64,000 nucleotides of DNA, from positions 28,983,097 through 29,047,096 of the forward strand of contig NC_092397.1 of assembly GCF_030028105.1 (NCBI RefSeq), given 5' to 3'. This stretch comes from Mobula birostris. Its lineage: Eukaryota. The translations under genes were made by a program, and so were the position numbers. Of the stretch, positions 1 through 13,251 are shown one piece after another. Each line of letters begins with the position of its first letter. Positions within the stretch are counted from its first letter, which is position 1. The notes beneath the pieces are model-generated. The model ran no database searches. It had not been told where the DNA came from and saw nothing but the letters and a program-made list of their open reading frames with translations.

Positions 1-715
1 ACCACATACCCACTAACATTTCTCCCAGTGTCGGATCAGGAGAAGAAGCTATCAATGCCAAACATTGACATACCAGCTTACATCTGGTGCTATCTTACAA
101 TGGGCAGAATTACAATTGTACAGATTCTACAGTACAGATTGGGAAAGGATAAATTAAAGTAAGCTTCATAGTCTGTGGTGGTGATGGCGATAGAGGCTGA
201 AACTGACTGTTATCAAAGTTGCCTTGGCGCTGAGGGTATCTTTGAGTTCGGTGGCCAGGCTGTCTCCATCTTTTACCCCTACTGTGTCCACCGCCAACAT
301 TCCCATGTTTGTTAAAGTGAATCAAAGAAATGCAAAATCCATACAGTTAGAATAGCTTTTTCTAAACAATGCTATACGCTTTTCAAAACAAAAATAATAC
401 CAGTCACAAGTGGGTGACAAGTCAAAAGCATGTAAGGCAGGTAATGTTGAAAGTAAGAGTTAAACTGTAAACAGAAGTTAATCTAGTAATGATCAAAAAC
501 AATGTGGTTACTGTTATTTTATTAAATATAAAACAGAATACAAGTTAAAATAACGTTCAAATTAATAAATAATTAATCAAATTAATTAATAAAATAATGG
601 GCAACTGTCACAATATTTTTATACAATGGTCAATATTAATGAGACAGTGGTAGAACAGTCCAGGGAGTCTCCAGTCCTCACACAAATATTATCCATTCCC
701 TTAACAGTTTGAATC

Positions 716-1340
716 TTCCAGTAATCTTTCCCCTTCAGCCCGTAGAATGATTGTATTTCTTACTTTAATGGCGAAAAGATGTATTTTACAACATTGGAAG
801 GAGATTAATGCCCCAACTACGTTTTTTTTTGTTTTCTCAAACGATACTATCTTTAGATTGGGAAAAAGTCAGAAGTAATCTTTATGATACTTCAGTAGAA
901 TTTGAACAGATCTGGAGATCTTTTATTCAACATTTTCATTTAATGTAACTTTTTTTCTCTCTTTGATAATATTTACATTTCCTTCTTGGTTTTTAACGGT
1001 TATTAATGGAGGTCGGGTTTGAGGACGTGATTGTTTAAGTTGTTTAAGTCTACATGATACCTAGTTAGCCTATTGCTTTGCTTTGCTTTTTAGGTTAGTT
1101 GCACGGTGTTTTTTTTGGGGGGGGTCTTTTTTTGGGGGTTTTCTTCTCTTTATTGATATATATGGAAAATTAGTATACTACTATATTACCTCATTATTTT
1201 ATAACTAAAATGCACTGTTTGTATTGTTTTTTATGCATTAATATCTCCTGTAAATTTATATCGCAACAATGTATTAGTTTATGTATGTTTTACCTTTTGT
1301 GTACTAATTCAATAAAAAAAGATTTAAAAAGAAAGAAAGA
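716..1340 (+). mobile_element. 5'-truncated L1/Tx1-type LINE 3' end with A-rich tail and 13-bp target-site duplication
   Basis: AACAGTTTGAATC at 703-715 and 1341-1353. Degenerate ORF2 C-terminus (…EKVRSNLYDTSVEFEQIWRSFIQHF), T-rich 3'UTR, AATAAA and A-rich tail. Confidence 0.7.
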
Positions 1341-2239
1341 AACAGTTTGAATCACTTGATTTCATCTGGAATTATTGTAAACCACTCAGAATTTTACTTA
1401 CCTCTTTTCACCTCAGACAAGTAACAGTCTGCATTTTATTTAACCTGGGCTAATTTACTCATCATTTACAATAACATTCATTACGATGGAGTAAATCCGT
1501 GAACTTCTGAAATATTTTGCTTGTCTACTTTATAAATTCATTAACGTGCGCATCTGCTTTTTGTGCAATACTGTCTATCATATGTCACTGTGGAGTGTGA
1601 AGGAAACACTTCAATATAACACACCATTTTAGTTCAGAGTGCATAAAAGTCTCCATATTGCTCATTCTGCCATCGTGCTAGTGAGAGGTTTACACCTGCC
1701 TCGTCGAGTACTCAGGAGACACGACTGGGGTGGGCTTTGTTGTAACCGTACCTGTGAGAGGCAGGGGTACAGCAGGTTCCTACTACTTCCTACTCAGACA
1801 TTGGTACGAGTTGTGTCTTGTTACACACTGAGGTAGACCCGATTACATTTTCCTGTTCTTTCTGAGGCTTTTTTCTCTAACTTTATTTCATCTTCTTTGC
1901 TCTTACTGTGAGAAGCAACCAATTATTTTTGCATTTCGCTCCAGGTGAACACCACAGGGCAGCTGAAAGTTTCCTCACACCTTTCTCCTTATATCTGTAC
2001 TTCTGCAAGCGCTCCCTTCTTCCATTCCACCCACTGCTCAACACACTTCATTCTGTCTGCTCCATGTGTGAACACACAGGCCACCGGAGTTCTCTTAGAT
2101 GTCCAGGACAGTGACCCTCACGTGACCATTCAGACACATAATCAGGGCACTCACTCATACTTCAGAATTCCCTTTCTTTCGTGCATCATGGGGTCAAATC
2201 CACCCCAAGGCATATGCATCATGACCAACGGGATTCCAT

Positions 2240-2680
2240 ACCGGAGGTGGCAAATCCTACAAAGGGTAGTGGATTCGGCCCGGTATATCACGGGTGAAAC
2301 CCTCACAACCACTGAGCACATCTACATGAATCATTGCCGTAGGAAAGCAGCGTCCATCGTCAAAGATCCTCACCACCCAGGCAATGCTCTTTTCTCACTG
2401 CTGCCATCAGGTAGAAGGTACAGGTACCTCAGGACTCACACCACCAGGTTCAAGAACAGTTACTACCCCTCAACCATCAGTGTCCTGAACAAAAGGGGAT
2501 AAATACACTTATTTAAGAGCTCTGTTATATTGTTATGTCATACTCGTTATTTATTGTAATTTATCTTTCTTCGTTTGCACAGTTTGCTTACAGTTTATCG
2601 TTCCTCATATTTACAATTTACAGTTATTGTTCTGTAGATTTTGTTAAGAATGCCCACAGAAAAGGACTCTCAGGGTTGTA
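2240..2680 (+). mobile_element. Rex1/Babar-type LINE 3' fragment
   Basis: ORF 1945-2502 ends LQRVVDSARYITG…KDPHHPGNALFSLLPSGRRYR…TTRFKNSYYP, typical of the C-terminus of this clade. Confidence 0.75.
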
Positions 2681-2935
2681 GAAACATAGAAAACCTACAG
2701 CACAATGCCGGCCCTTCGGCCCACAAAGTTGTGCCGAACATGTCCTTTCCTTAGAACTACCTTGGCTTATCCATAGTCCTCTATTTTTCCAAGCTCCATA
2801 TATCCATCCAGGAGTCTCTTTAAAAACCCTGTCGTTTCCGCCTGCACCACGGCCGCCGGCAGCCCATTCCACGCACTCACCACTCTCTGCGTAAAAAACT
2901 TAACCCTGACATCTCCTCTGTACCTACCTCCAAGT
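2680..2935 (-). mobile_element. CR1 LINE 3' end
   Basis: Same tail as the CR1 at 15540 (gaaacatagaaaacctacagcacaat…ggcccttcggcccaca). Confidence 0.7.
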
Positions 2936-3299
2936 AGGTTGTACAGTATCTGGTTTCACGTATGTACTGTCAGAATAAATTGTACTTTGAACTATATGGT
3001 GACATATAAATACTATAATAACAACTTGCCTGGGTTTAACTTTTGACTTTGACAATATTTTTTCGTGACGCTCTTTTTTCACGGAGTGTTCAGTGATCCA
3101 GTTACAACGTGTTTTGCCGAAAATTACAAAAGATTATCCACACAAAAATATACAGTATACAAACATTAACTATTTCTAAGACCGTGAAGAGTCAAATTAA
3201 AATATGAATATTACTGTCTATAACACACTCGATTTCTGTGGGGGTGGGACACCGATGCCGGAAATCTCCCACTGTCCCCATTCTATTTACAATGTTCGC

Positions 3300-3566
3300 A
3301 AGTTCCCCAGCGGATCCAGTGATTGACAGCTCCCGCCGCCCCTCCGGCACGTGACACAATATGAATACGACAATGGCGAGCTGACGTCACAGAGGGCCCT
3401 CCTTCACCGACATCGTTTCCTGGGAAACGGCCCGGTCCGGGGTTGGGCGGTAAATCCGGGATGGACGGGACGGCTCTGCAGAGAAGTGGAGTCGGTCTCT
3501 ACTTGTTGGGGTTTCGGCTCCGCTGTGGGATCCGCCTCTCCTCTTCCTGCCCGCGGAACAGTGAGT
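3300..3566 (+). promoter_or_regulatory. CpG-rich promoter and putative non-coding first exon (locus A)
   Basis: TGATTGACAG 3320-3329, CACGTGAC 3348-3355, CRE TGACGTCA 3382-3389, X-box-like GTTTCCTGGGAAAC 3415-3428, donor AACA|GTGAGT at 3561. Paralogous to 35700-36340. Confidence 0.55.
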
Positions 3567-3969
3567 GTCTGTCAGCGCCTCACTGCACCGGCTCTCTGCC
3601 TCAGGTACAATATTTAAAACATATTTGCACAGTCACATGGATGGGAAAGGTTGAGAGGGATACGGCCCTGATGCAGGCAGATGGGACGAGTTCAGGTCGA
3701 CAACTTGGTCGGCGTGGATGAGTTGTACGGAAAGGACTGTTTCAGTTCTGTATAAACCAGTGACTCTATTTTGGGAGGTTAAGCCAGGGCAGGATGTACA
3801 CAGTGAACGACAGGTTCCGGGGAAGTTTTCATGAACAGAGACTTTATGGGTTTCTGCCCCCCACACCTCCGGCGGCTCATTCGGGATACCAATTATTCTC
3901 TGTGTGAAGTATTTACACTTCAGATCCCCTTTTCACTGTGACCTTAAAACTATTCCCTTTAGTTTTAAA

Positions 3970-4805
3970 AAGCCAGTCAGGATGCTGTCAATCGTGCCCC
4001 TATAGAAAGTTTTTACGATTTGGGTTCCACACCAAATTTCTTCAACCGTCTGAGGTGAAAGATGCGCTGTTGTGCCGTTTCCCCACACAGCCGGTAAGCA
4101 CAGACCACGTGTGATCCTTGGTGATGTTTATGCCGAGGAGCTTAAAGGTGTTCACCCTCTCAACCCCAGATCCATTGATGTCAATAAATGTCTCCATTCA
4201 TCCTGTAGTTCACAACCAGCTGCTTTGTTTTTGCGATATTGTCGGAGAGGTTGTTTTCTTGACACCACTGTGTCAGGGTGATGATTTCTTCTCTGTAGGT
4301 TGCCTCATAATTATTTGAAATTAGGCCAATCTGTGCAGTGTCGTCAGCAAATGTAATCAGCAGATTGGAGCTGTGGGTGGCGACACAGTCATGGGAGTAG
4401 AGAGAGTAAAGAAGGGAGCTCAGTACACAGCCCTGAGGGGCACCTGTGTTGTGGGTCAGAGGGACAGCGGCGAGGGAGCCCACTCTTACCACCTGCCAGC
4501 AATCTGACAGGAAGTCCAGGATCCAGCTACAGAAGGCAGGATGAAGGCTGATGTCTCTAAGCTTCTTGTTGAGGCTGGAGGGAATTATGGTGTTGAATGC
4601 TCAAGTGTAGTCCAAGAACAACATTCTGACGTAAGCATCCCTCTTCTCCACGGGCAATGTGCAGAGCTGTGACTATTGCATCAGCTGTTGATCGGTTGTG
4701 TCAGTAGGCAAATTGGGGGTCCCGTGTTCGTGTCAGCCCACTGCAGATGTAGTCCTTGCCCACCGTCTCAAAGCATTTATTTATTATTGAAGTGAGTGCG
4801 ACAGG
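3970..4805 (-). mobile_element. Rex1/Babar LINE RT fragment
   Basis: ORF 4181-4492: NTGAPQGCVLSSLLYSLYSHDC…FADDT. Confidence 0.8.
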
Positions 4806-5370
4806 AGATTGTGGGATTGAGTTCAAGAGCTGTGAGGTAAAGCCCTTGGTCAGACCCCACTTGGAGTTCTGTGTTCAGTTCTGGTCACCTCACTACAGGA
4901 AGAATGTGAAGAGGAGTGCAGAGAAGATTTACAAGGATGTTGCCTGGATTGGAGAGCATGCCTTGTGAGAATAGGTTGAGTGAACTTGGTCTTTTCTCCA
5001 TGGAACAATGGAGGATGAGAAGTGACCTGAGAGAGGTGTACAAGATGATGAGAGACATTAATCTTGTTGATAGTCAGAGGTCCTTTCCCAGGGCTGAAAT
5101 GGCTAACACGATGGGGCATAGATTTAAGGTGCCTGGAAATAGGTACTGAGGGGTTGTTAGGGGTAAGTTTTTCACACAGAGTGGTGGATGTGTGGAATGC
5201 ACTGCTGGCGATGGTGGTGGAAGCGGATAAAATAGTGTTTTTTAAGAGCCTCTTACACAGGTACATGGAGCTTAGAAAAATAGAGGGTTCTGCACTAGGG
5301 AAATCCTAGGCAGTTTCAAGAGTAGGTGACATGGTCAGCACAACATTGTGCTGTAGATTTCTATGTGTTC
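4805..5370 (+). mobile_element. CR1 LINE 3' fragment
   Basis: LVRPHLEFCVQFWSPHYRK, QRRFTRMLPGL, CR1 tail. Confidence 0.85.
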
Positions 5371-6394
5371 TATGAATAAGTAAATTACAGTCAATAATTT
5401 ATATGTATATTAAATAGTAAAAATAGTGCAGAAACTGATATAAAATATATGTGTTTTAAAAAGCGAGGTAGTGTCCAAAGCTTCAGTGTCTGTTTAGGAA
5501 TCGGATGGCAGAGGGGCAGAAACTGATCCTGAATCACTGAGTGTGTGCCATCATTTCCAAAATATCCCCACCACTAATGTATGAGTCACCAGGGTATAGT
5601 TTCCTGTCTTGTCCCTATTGCAGTTCCTAAAAAGGGAAAGAATATTTGTCATTTTCCACTCTTCTGCATCCTGGCCTGTAATTAAAAAAGCATCAGTTTG
5701 GAATTTTGTTAAATTTTTCACCATATTTAATCCCTCAACCATCAGGTTTTTGAACCAAAGTTCAAAGTACATTTATTATCAATGTATGTTTATATTCTAC
5801 AAACTTGAGGTTCGTTCCAAACAGGCTGCCATAAAACAAAGAAAGCCAAAAGAACCCACTGATAAAATAAGACTGTCAAACACCCAATGTGCAGAAAGGA
5901 AAATAAATCATGCAAACAATAAACACAAGCAAATACTGTAGCATTTTGAACTGAAATCCTCAGAGAGTCCGTCCACAGATGCTTAGTTCAGCACAGAAAG
6001 GAGCAACGAGCTGAACCGGCTGGTCCCTGGCCTCGGGCCCAACACACTGACCATTTCAATCTGGCCTGGCACCGAAATCATCATCCAAACACTGGGTTCA
6101 GTTGCTTCGATATGATCTGGGGCCTGGTCCCCGCTGCTTCCATTTGGCCTGTACCTGACTTTTCCATTTGGGCCCGGCGTTTAAATCAAACGAACTTCGT
6201 GTCTTCCTCACTGTCAGTGACGGGTCCGCTGCCTCACCTCCGTTCTGCCACATCAAATTGCCTCTAAGTCCAAAGGGAAGTTACAGGCTATTCATTTACT
6301 AGAAAAAGAGATTCACCAGTGTCACCTTAAACCAGAACCAGTGGAGATAACTCGGTTTAACTTCACTTAACTCATCACAAACTGTTTCCCACAA

Positions 6395-6870
6395 TTACGA
6401 GGTTAATTCCCGGGATGGCAGGGCTATCATATGTTGAAAGATTGGAGCGACTGCGCTTGTATACACTGGAATTTAGAAGGATGAGAGGGGATCTGATTGA
6501 AATGTATAAGATTATTAAGGGATTGCACACACTAGAGGCAGGAAACATGTCCCCGATGTTGGGGGAGTCCAGAACCAGAGGCCACAGTATAAGAATAAGG
6601 GGTAGGCCATTTACAACGGAGTTCAGGAAAAACTTTTTCACCCAGAGAGTTGTGGATCTGTGGAATTCTCTGCCTCAGAAGGCAGTGGAGGCCAATTCTC
6701 TGGATGCTTTCAGGAAAGGGTTAGATAGAGCTGTTAAAGATAGTGGAGTCAAGGGATATGGGGAGAAGGCAGGAATGGGGTACTGATGGTGGATGACCAG
6801 CCATGATCACAGTGAATGGCAGTGCTGGCTCGAAGGGCCGAATGGCCTACTCCTGCACCTATTGTCTGTT
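6395..6870 (+). mobile_element. CR1 (HER1-like) 3' fragment
   Basis: ORF 6415-6786 matches the C-terminus of ORF2 48599-51631; tail ggctcgaagggccgaatggcctactcctgcacctatt. Confidence 0.9.
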
Positions 6871-7054
6871 TCTGTTGACTCACTTCCACAACCTCTGCAT
6901 CTTATGTTCTCTATTTATTTCTCATTTCTCTATGATTATTATTATTTTATCTCTTGTATTTGCACACATTGTTGTCATTTACACATTGGTTATTTGGTTA
7001 CTGGGTTGGGTGCGGTCTTTCATTTATTATGTTGTGATTCTTGGATTTACTGAG

Positions 7055-10000
7055 TAAGACCATAAGACATAGCAGCAGAATTAGGCCATTTGGCCTATCG
7101 AGTCTGCCCCACCATTCAATCATGGCTGACCCTTGTTTCTCCTCCTCAACCTCACTCCTCGGCCTTTTTCCTGAAGCCTTTGATACCCCATCCAGTCAAG
7201 AAACTATCAAACTCTGCCTTAAATACACCCAACGACCTGGCCCCCACAGCTGCCTCTGGTAATAAATTCCACAAATTCACCACACTCTGGCTAAAGAAAT
7301 TTCTCTGCATCTCTGTTTTAAATGGGCGCCCCTCTACCCTGAGGCTGTGCCCACTTGTCTTAGACTCCCTCGCCATGGGAAATGGGAAACGTCTTTTCCA
7401 CATCTTCTCTGTCTAGTCCATTCAACATTTGAAAGGTTTCAATGAGATCCCCCCTCATCTTTCTAAATTCCAGTGAGTACAGACCCAGAGCTATCAAACA
7501 TTTCTCAGAGGCTAACACTCTCAATCCTGGAATCATCCTTATGCACCTCCTCTGAACCCTCTCCAATCCCACTACATCTTTTCTGAGATGAGGAGCCCAA
7601 AATTGTTCACTGTCGTCAAGGTGAGGTCTCACCAGTGCCTTATAAAGCCTCAACATCACATCCCTGCTCTTATATTTGAGACCCCTTGAAAGGAATGTTA
7701 ATTATAGTATTTGCCTTCCTCACCACCAGCTCTATCTACAAGTTAACCTTTAGGTTGTTCTGCACGAGGACTGCCAATTCCCTTGGCATCTCAGATTTTT
7801 GGATTTTCTGCCCATTTAGAAAGTCTACACATTTATTTCTACTACCAAAGAGCATGACCATGCATTTTCTGACATTGTATTTCATTCGCTACTCTCCTGC
7901 CCATCTCCTGATCTGTTTAAGTCCTTCTGCAGCCGACCCATTTCCTCAACACTACCTGCCCCTCCACCAGTCTTCATATCATCTGCAAACTTGACAACAA
8001 AGCCATCTATTTCATCATCTATATCATTGATATACAGCATAAAAAGAAGCGGTCGTAACACTGACTCCTGCAGAACACCACTACTTACTGGCAAGCAACC
8101 AGAAAAGGATCCTTTTATTACCACTCGCTGCCTTCTCCCAATCAGTCAATGCTTGTAACTTTCCTGTAATACCATGGGCTCTTAATGTGGTAAGCAGCCT
8201 CATATGTGGCACCTTGTCAAAGGCCTTCTGAAAGTCCAAATATACAACATGGCAGCATCCCGTTTATCTATCCTACATGTAATCTTCTCAAAGAATTCCA
8301 ACAGGTTCATCAGGCAAGATTTTCCCTTAAGGAAACCATGCAGTATTTGTCCTATCTTGTTCTGTGTTTCCAAGTACTCGAGAACTTCATCCTTAACAAT
8401 TGACTCCAACAACTTCCCAACCACTGAGTTCAGGCTAACTGGTCTATAATTTCATTTCTGTTGCTTTCCTGGAGTCTTAAAGAGTGGGGTGACATTTGCA
8501 GTTTTCCAGTTATCTGGCACCATGCTAGAATCCAATGATTTTGAAAGATAATTACTAATGCCCTCACAATCTCTATTGCTATCTCTTTCAGAACCGTAGG
8601 GTGCAGTACATCTGGTCCGAGTGACATGTACCTTCAGGTCCTTCAGCTTTTTGAGCACCTTCTCACTTGCAATTGTAACTGCACTGACTTCTCTTCCCTC
8701 ACACCTTTACACCCTTTAAGGTGGGGGGTAATATGGGATGGAGAGTTTAAGGGACACCACAACATTGTGGGCTGAAGGGCCTGTATTGCGCTGTACTATT
8801 CTATATTCAATATCTGGCACACTGCTAGTGTCTTCTGCAAAGACTGATGCAAAATACCCATTTAGTTCATTAGCCATCTCCTTGTCCCCCTTTATTATTT
8901 CTCCACCCTCGTATTCCAACGGTCCTATATCCACTCTCATCTCTCTGTTATTTTTAACACACTTGAGAAAACTATTACTATGCACTTTGATATTGTTTGC
9001 TATTTGTTTTCACATTTCATCTTTTCCCTCCTGTTATTCTTTCTGTCGGCTTTTAAAAGCTTCCCAATCCTCTGTCTTACCACTAATTTTTGCATTGTTG
9101 GATGCACTTTCTTTTGCTTTTACATTAGCTGTGACTTCCCTCATCAGCCCCATTTTACCATTTGAGTGTTTCTTCATTTTTTGGAAAACATCTATCCTGC
9201 ATCTTCCTCATTTTTCCCACAAACTCACACCATTGCTTCTCTGCTTGATCCCTGCCAGCATCTGCTTCCAATTTACTTTGGCCAACTCCTCTCTCATACC
9301 ACTGTAATATTCTTTACTTCACTGAAATACTGATACGTCAGACTTTTCTTTCTTCCTATCAAATTTCAAGTTGAACACAATCATATTGTCATCACTGTTT
9401 CCTAAGGATTCTTTTACCTTAAGCTCCCTAATCATCTCAGGTTCATTATATAACACCCAATCTAATGTAGCTGATCCCTGTTCTAAAAAGCCATCTTGTA
9501 GGTATTCAACAAACTCACTCCCTTGAGATCTATTTCCAACCTGATTTTCCCAATCTATCTGCATGTTGAGATCTCCCATGACTATCATAACATTGCTCTT
9601 TGGCACGTCTTTGCTATTTCCTGTTGTAATCTGTGGTCCATATCCAGGCTACCGTTTGGAGGCCTGTATATAACTGCCATCAGGGTCCTTTTACCCTTGC
9701 AGTTTCTTAACTCAATGCAGAATGATTCAGCATCTTCTGATCCTCTATCACATCTTTCTACTGAATTGATGCCACCCCCTCTGCCTACCTTCCTATCTCT
9801 CTGATACAACATGTAACCTTGGACATTTAGCTCCCAACTGCAAGCATCCTTCTGCCACGACTCAGCGATGGCCATGACAGCATGTCTGACAATCTGTAAT
9901 AGGGCAATAAGATCATCCACCTTATTTCTTATACTCTGTGGGTAGAGATATAACACCCTGAGTACGGTATCGCTACCCTTTGATTCTGCATCCCTCATGC

Positions 10001-10190
10001 ACTGATACCCACCCTGCTGGCTGCGGTGATGTCCTATCATCTGCCTGCCCTTCCTGACAGTCTAATTGCATGCTATCTTTGCTTTTTTACCCTCCATCCT
10101 ATCCTGAGTGCCTTCACTCTGGTTCCTACACTCCCCCCCTTGCCACATTAGTTTAGCCCTCCCCTACCGCTCTAACAAACCAGCAGTATA
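7055..10190 (-). mobile_element. Degenerate near-complete CR1 ORF2 (APE endonuclease + RT), with a short + strand CR1 tail inserted at ~8717-8806
   Basis: Minus-strand fragments SIRNKVDDL, YRPPN, MGDLN, GPDVLHP, GFLKGKSCL, KFADD, LVRPHL. Confidence 0.9.
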
Positions 10191-10479
10191 CCCAGAAGAA
10201 AACTAATCTCAGGGTTGTATATGGTGACAGAAATGTATTTTGATAATACATTTAACTTCCAGCTTTGAACTTTGTAGCAGAGAGCCGGGTGTTGTACTGG
10301 TCTGTGTCCTCACTGGCCGATGCTGTGCTCTGGCAGCTCAGTGTACTTGGTATATGGTGTCAGTGTTTTTACTGAAGTGTGTCCTTATTAGACAATTGAC
10401 CTTGTCCACCCTGGAGCTGAGAAGATTCACTGGCGACCAGAATGATTTGTTTTGGTCACCCTGCTGTATGACAGACACC

Positions 10480-10955
10480 ATTAGCTGGAAAGAGTGCAGA
10501 GGAGATTTGTGGAAAGGATTTTAGACAATTTTCCCTGGAATGTTGGAGAATGAGTTCTGATATTGCAGAGGCGTATAAATTCATGAGGAATCTGGGTTGG
10601 GTCAAAGAGAACAGTCTTTTTGCCAGTGTTGGGGAATCAAGAACTGGAGGGCATTGGTTTAAGATGGGATGTAATAGGGACCTGAAGGGCAACTTTTCCA
10701 CACACAGGCTGGTCAGTAAATGGAATGAGCTGCTATGGGGAGTGGTTGAGTCAGCTACATTAAAAAGGCACTTAGGCGGGTAGATGGAAAGGAAAGGTTT
10801 TGAAGGATATGGGTCAAATGGAAGGAAATGAGACAAGGGGGAGGACAACCTTGTTCATAATGTGGTGGTGAGGGGGTTACAGATCACAAGCTCAGATGGG
10901 AACTTTGGTCAGCATGGACTATTTGAGCTGAAGGGCTCATTTCTGTGCTGTGTGA
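10480..10955 (+). mobile_element. Old CR1 3' fragment
   Basis: ESRTGGH…GNFSTHRLVSKWNEL plus a degraded tail. Confidence 0.7.
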
Positions 10956-11869
10956 ATTTGTCTGTAAACCCTGGTGACTTATTTCAATGACATTAAACTT
11001 TTCTAAATGACATTATTTCTTTATAGATTATAGACTCCAGTACCTGAAGTGAAGTTAACTGGACTACAGTTACCTGCTTTTCATCTTTCACCCATCTTCA
11101 ACAATGGTTTTCAACTCCACTGGGACCTTTCTGTAACACTGAGTTTTGACAGACTTCAATGTCTCTACTTTCTCACCAGACTTCCTGTGAAAGCCTCCAG
11201 TGCAGGTCTTTGGGACCAAGTAATGTTTGCGTTTAGTCCCATTAGTTTTTCCCTCGTGATGGTGATTGTTACACATTATGGCACAATATTGAAATGTCAC
11301 CATCTGTGGGATGTTTGCTGCGCCAGCACTGTGAACACTAATGCAAATTACTGGAGTTAACTTCTCTGCTTTTTCCTTGTTAGTTTTAGTTTTTGTCTCA
11401 TCACTGGTTCCTGGAAAAGTCCTGATCTTCTTGTCTGCCTCCTTTGACCACAGAATGTTCTTTGCTGTCTGTGATCCCTCTATCTAATCGGGATCAACGT
11501 CTGCTGAGTGTTATGAACACTCTCTCCTTAAACATCTGCCACTGCTCATTACTGACCTGTCCCTGAGTCTATTTACCCCATCTGCCCCAGACAACTCCAC
11601 TGTCACGTCTCTGTAATTGTCTTTATTTAGGTTGAGGACACTGGTTCTGACCTGGTGTTCACCCTCAATCTGTGGTCTGGAGATCTCCCACATTGTGATC
11701 ACTTCTTCAGGGATCCTTCACCACAAGATCTCTCTGTAATCCCACCTCATTGCACAGATTACATCTGAAATGGCCCGTTCATGGGTAAGATACTGCTGTA
11801 GGAAACTGTCTCTGACCATTTCACAAATTCCTCTTCCACTGTACCAGTTAGATTAGCTTAATCAATACA

Positions 11870-13090
11870 CAGACTGAAGCAAACACACAGAAAATGCTGG
11901 AGGAACTCATCAAACCGTCGACATTTCGGGCTGAGAACCTTCATCGGGATTAGAAAGAAAGGGACAAAAACCAGAATACGGTGGTGGGGGAGGGGGAGGA
12001 GGACAAGTGAGGGGTGGGGAACATGTGGTTTGTGGAGGGATGATGATGTGAGGAGCTGGGTGACAGGCAGAAAAGGCAAAGAGATGGAGGGAAAGAAATC
12101 TAATAGGAGAGAATGATGGACCATGGGATGACACGGAGGAGGTGGAGAACCAGAGAGAGTTGATGAGCAGGTCATGAGGGTGCGTGAGGAGAGGTGGCAA
12201 AAGTCAGAAGAAAAGTAGTAGTTCACTGGGGGGGGGGTGTGGAAACAGAGGGTAATGATTTCTTGAATTTCGAGAAATCAGTGCTCATGCCTTCGAGGTC
12301 GGAGGCTGCACAGTCAGAATATGAGGATTTGCTCATCCAACCTGTACTTGGCCTCACTGTAGCGGGAGAGGAGGCCGTGTACGGACATGTTGGTGATGGC
12401 CCTCTGCAGGTCAGGGTCGATCATGGATATTGCACCCTAGTGTCAAAGTCAGTATGCAAGTCAGGGAAGTACGATATGTAAAGCAAACAGTTGCCCATGC
12501 AGGGGCCCCTGCTCTCCACACAGCTGATGAATCCAAAGCAACGGCGGAGACCGATGCAGTCAGGCACCAGCGATGTTGCAGGATTGCCAGTCTGCATTGA
12601 ACACAGGACCGACAGGGAATCCAGCTCCGGATTGTTCCTCAGGGTTTACTCCCGAAGTCTTCCCATGAATGGGTCTAGCCACAGCCCAGTGGAGGTTTGA
12701 GTTCAGAATTTTTCTTCCACTGGATCTGCCAAGTATGGCTGAGGAGCCTCATCTGCCCATAGCGGTTGGTTATATGATGGCAGTAAACCCATTTGCATCT
12801 TCCCGTCACTAGAAACAGTTCGTCGGATGTCGTAGCTAAGCCATATGTAAAAGCCAGGAGCTGGACTTGGTTGACAGAGACAATCTGAGGCACACACCAT
12901 TGGCGGCATTTAATTGGAAGTGGGAGCTTGTCCCATTATTACCCCACCACCGTTTAAAACAGCTGTAAGGGACCGATATGTTGGTATGTGAATGGGAAAC
13001 TCAATTGGAATGGGTTGTCACCAGCAGATCGTGGTTGTTGCAGCTCACAGAGCAAAGATACTCGATGCAGCGCTACCCTAATCTGCTTCT
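11870..13090 (-). mobile_element. Penelope-like 3' remnant interrupted by a ~580-bp unclassified element (12395-12977)
   Basis: Degraded GIY-YIG tail similar to 19597-19872. ATGTTGGT duplicated at 12387-12394 and 12978-12985. Confidence 0.6.
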
Positions 13091-13251
13091 GATTAAATCT
13101 CTCATGACAATCACAGTTCCATTCTCATCTCTCTTTGATATTTCCCCTCTTTGTGTTTTATCCCATCAGGAGGAACACCTGAGGATCTTGAGACCACTCC
13201 TCCCCGTGTCTTCTTTCCCTCCCCCTTTCACCATGACTGTCGCTACATGTA

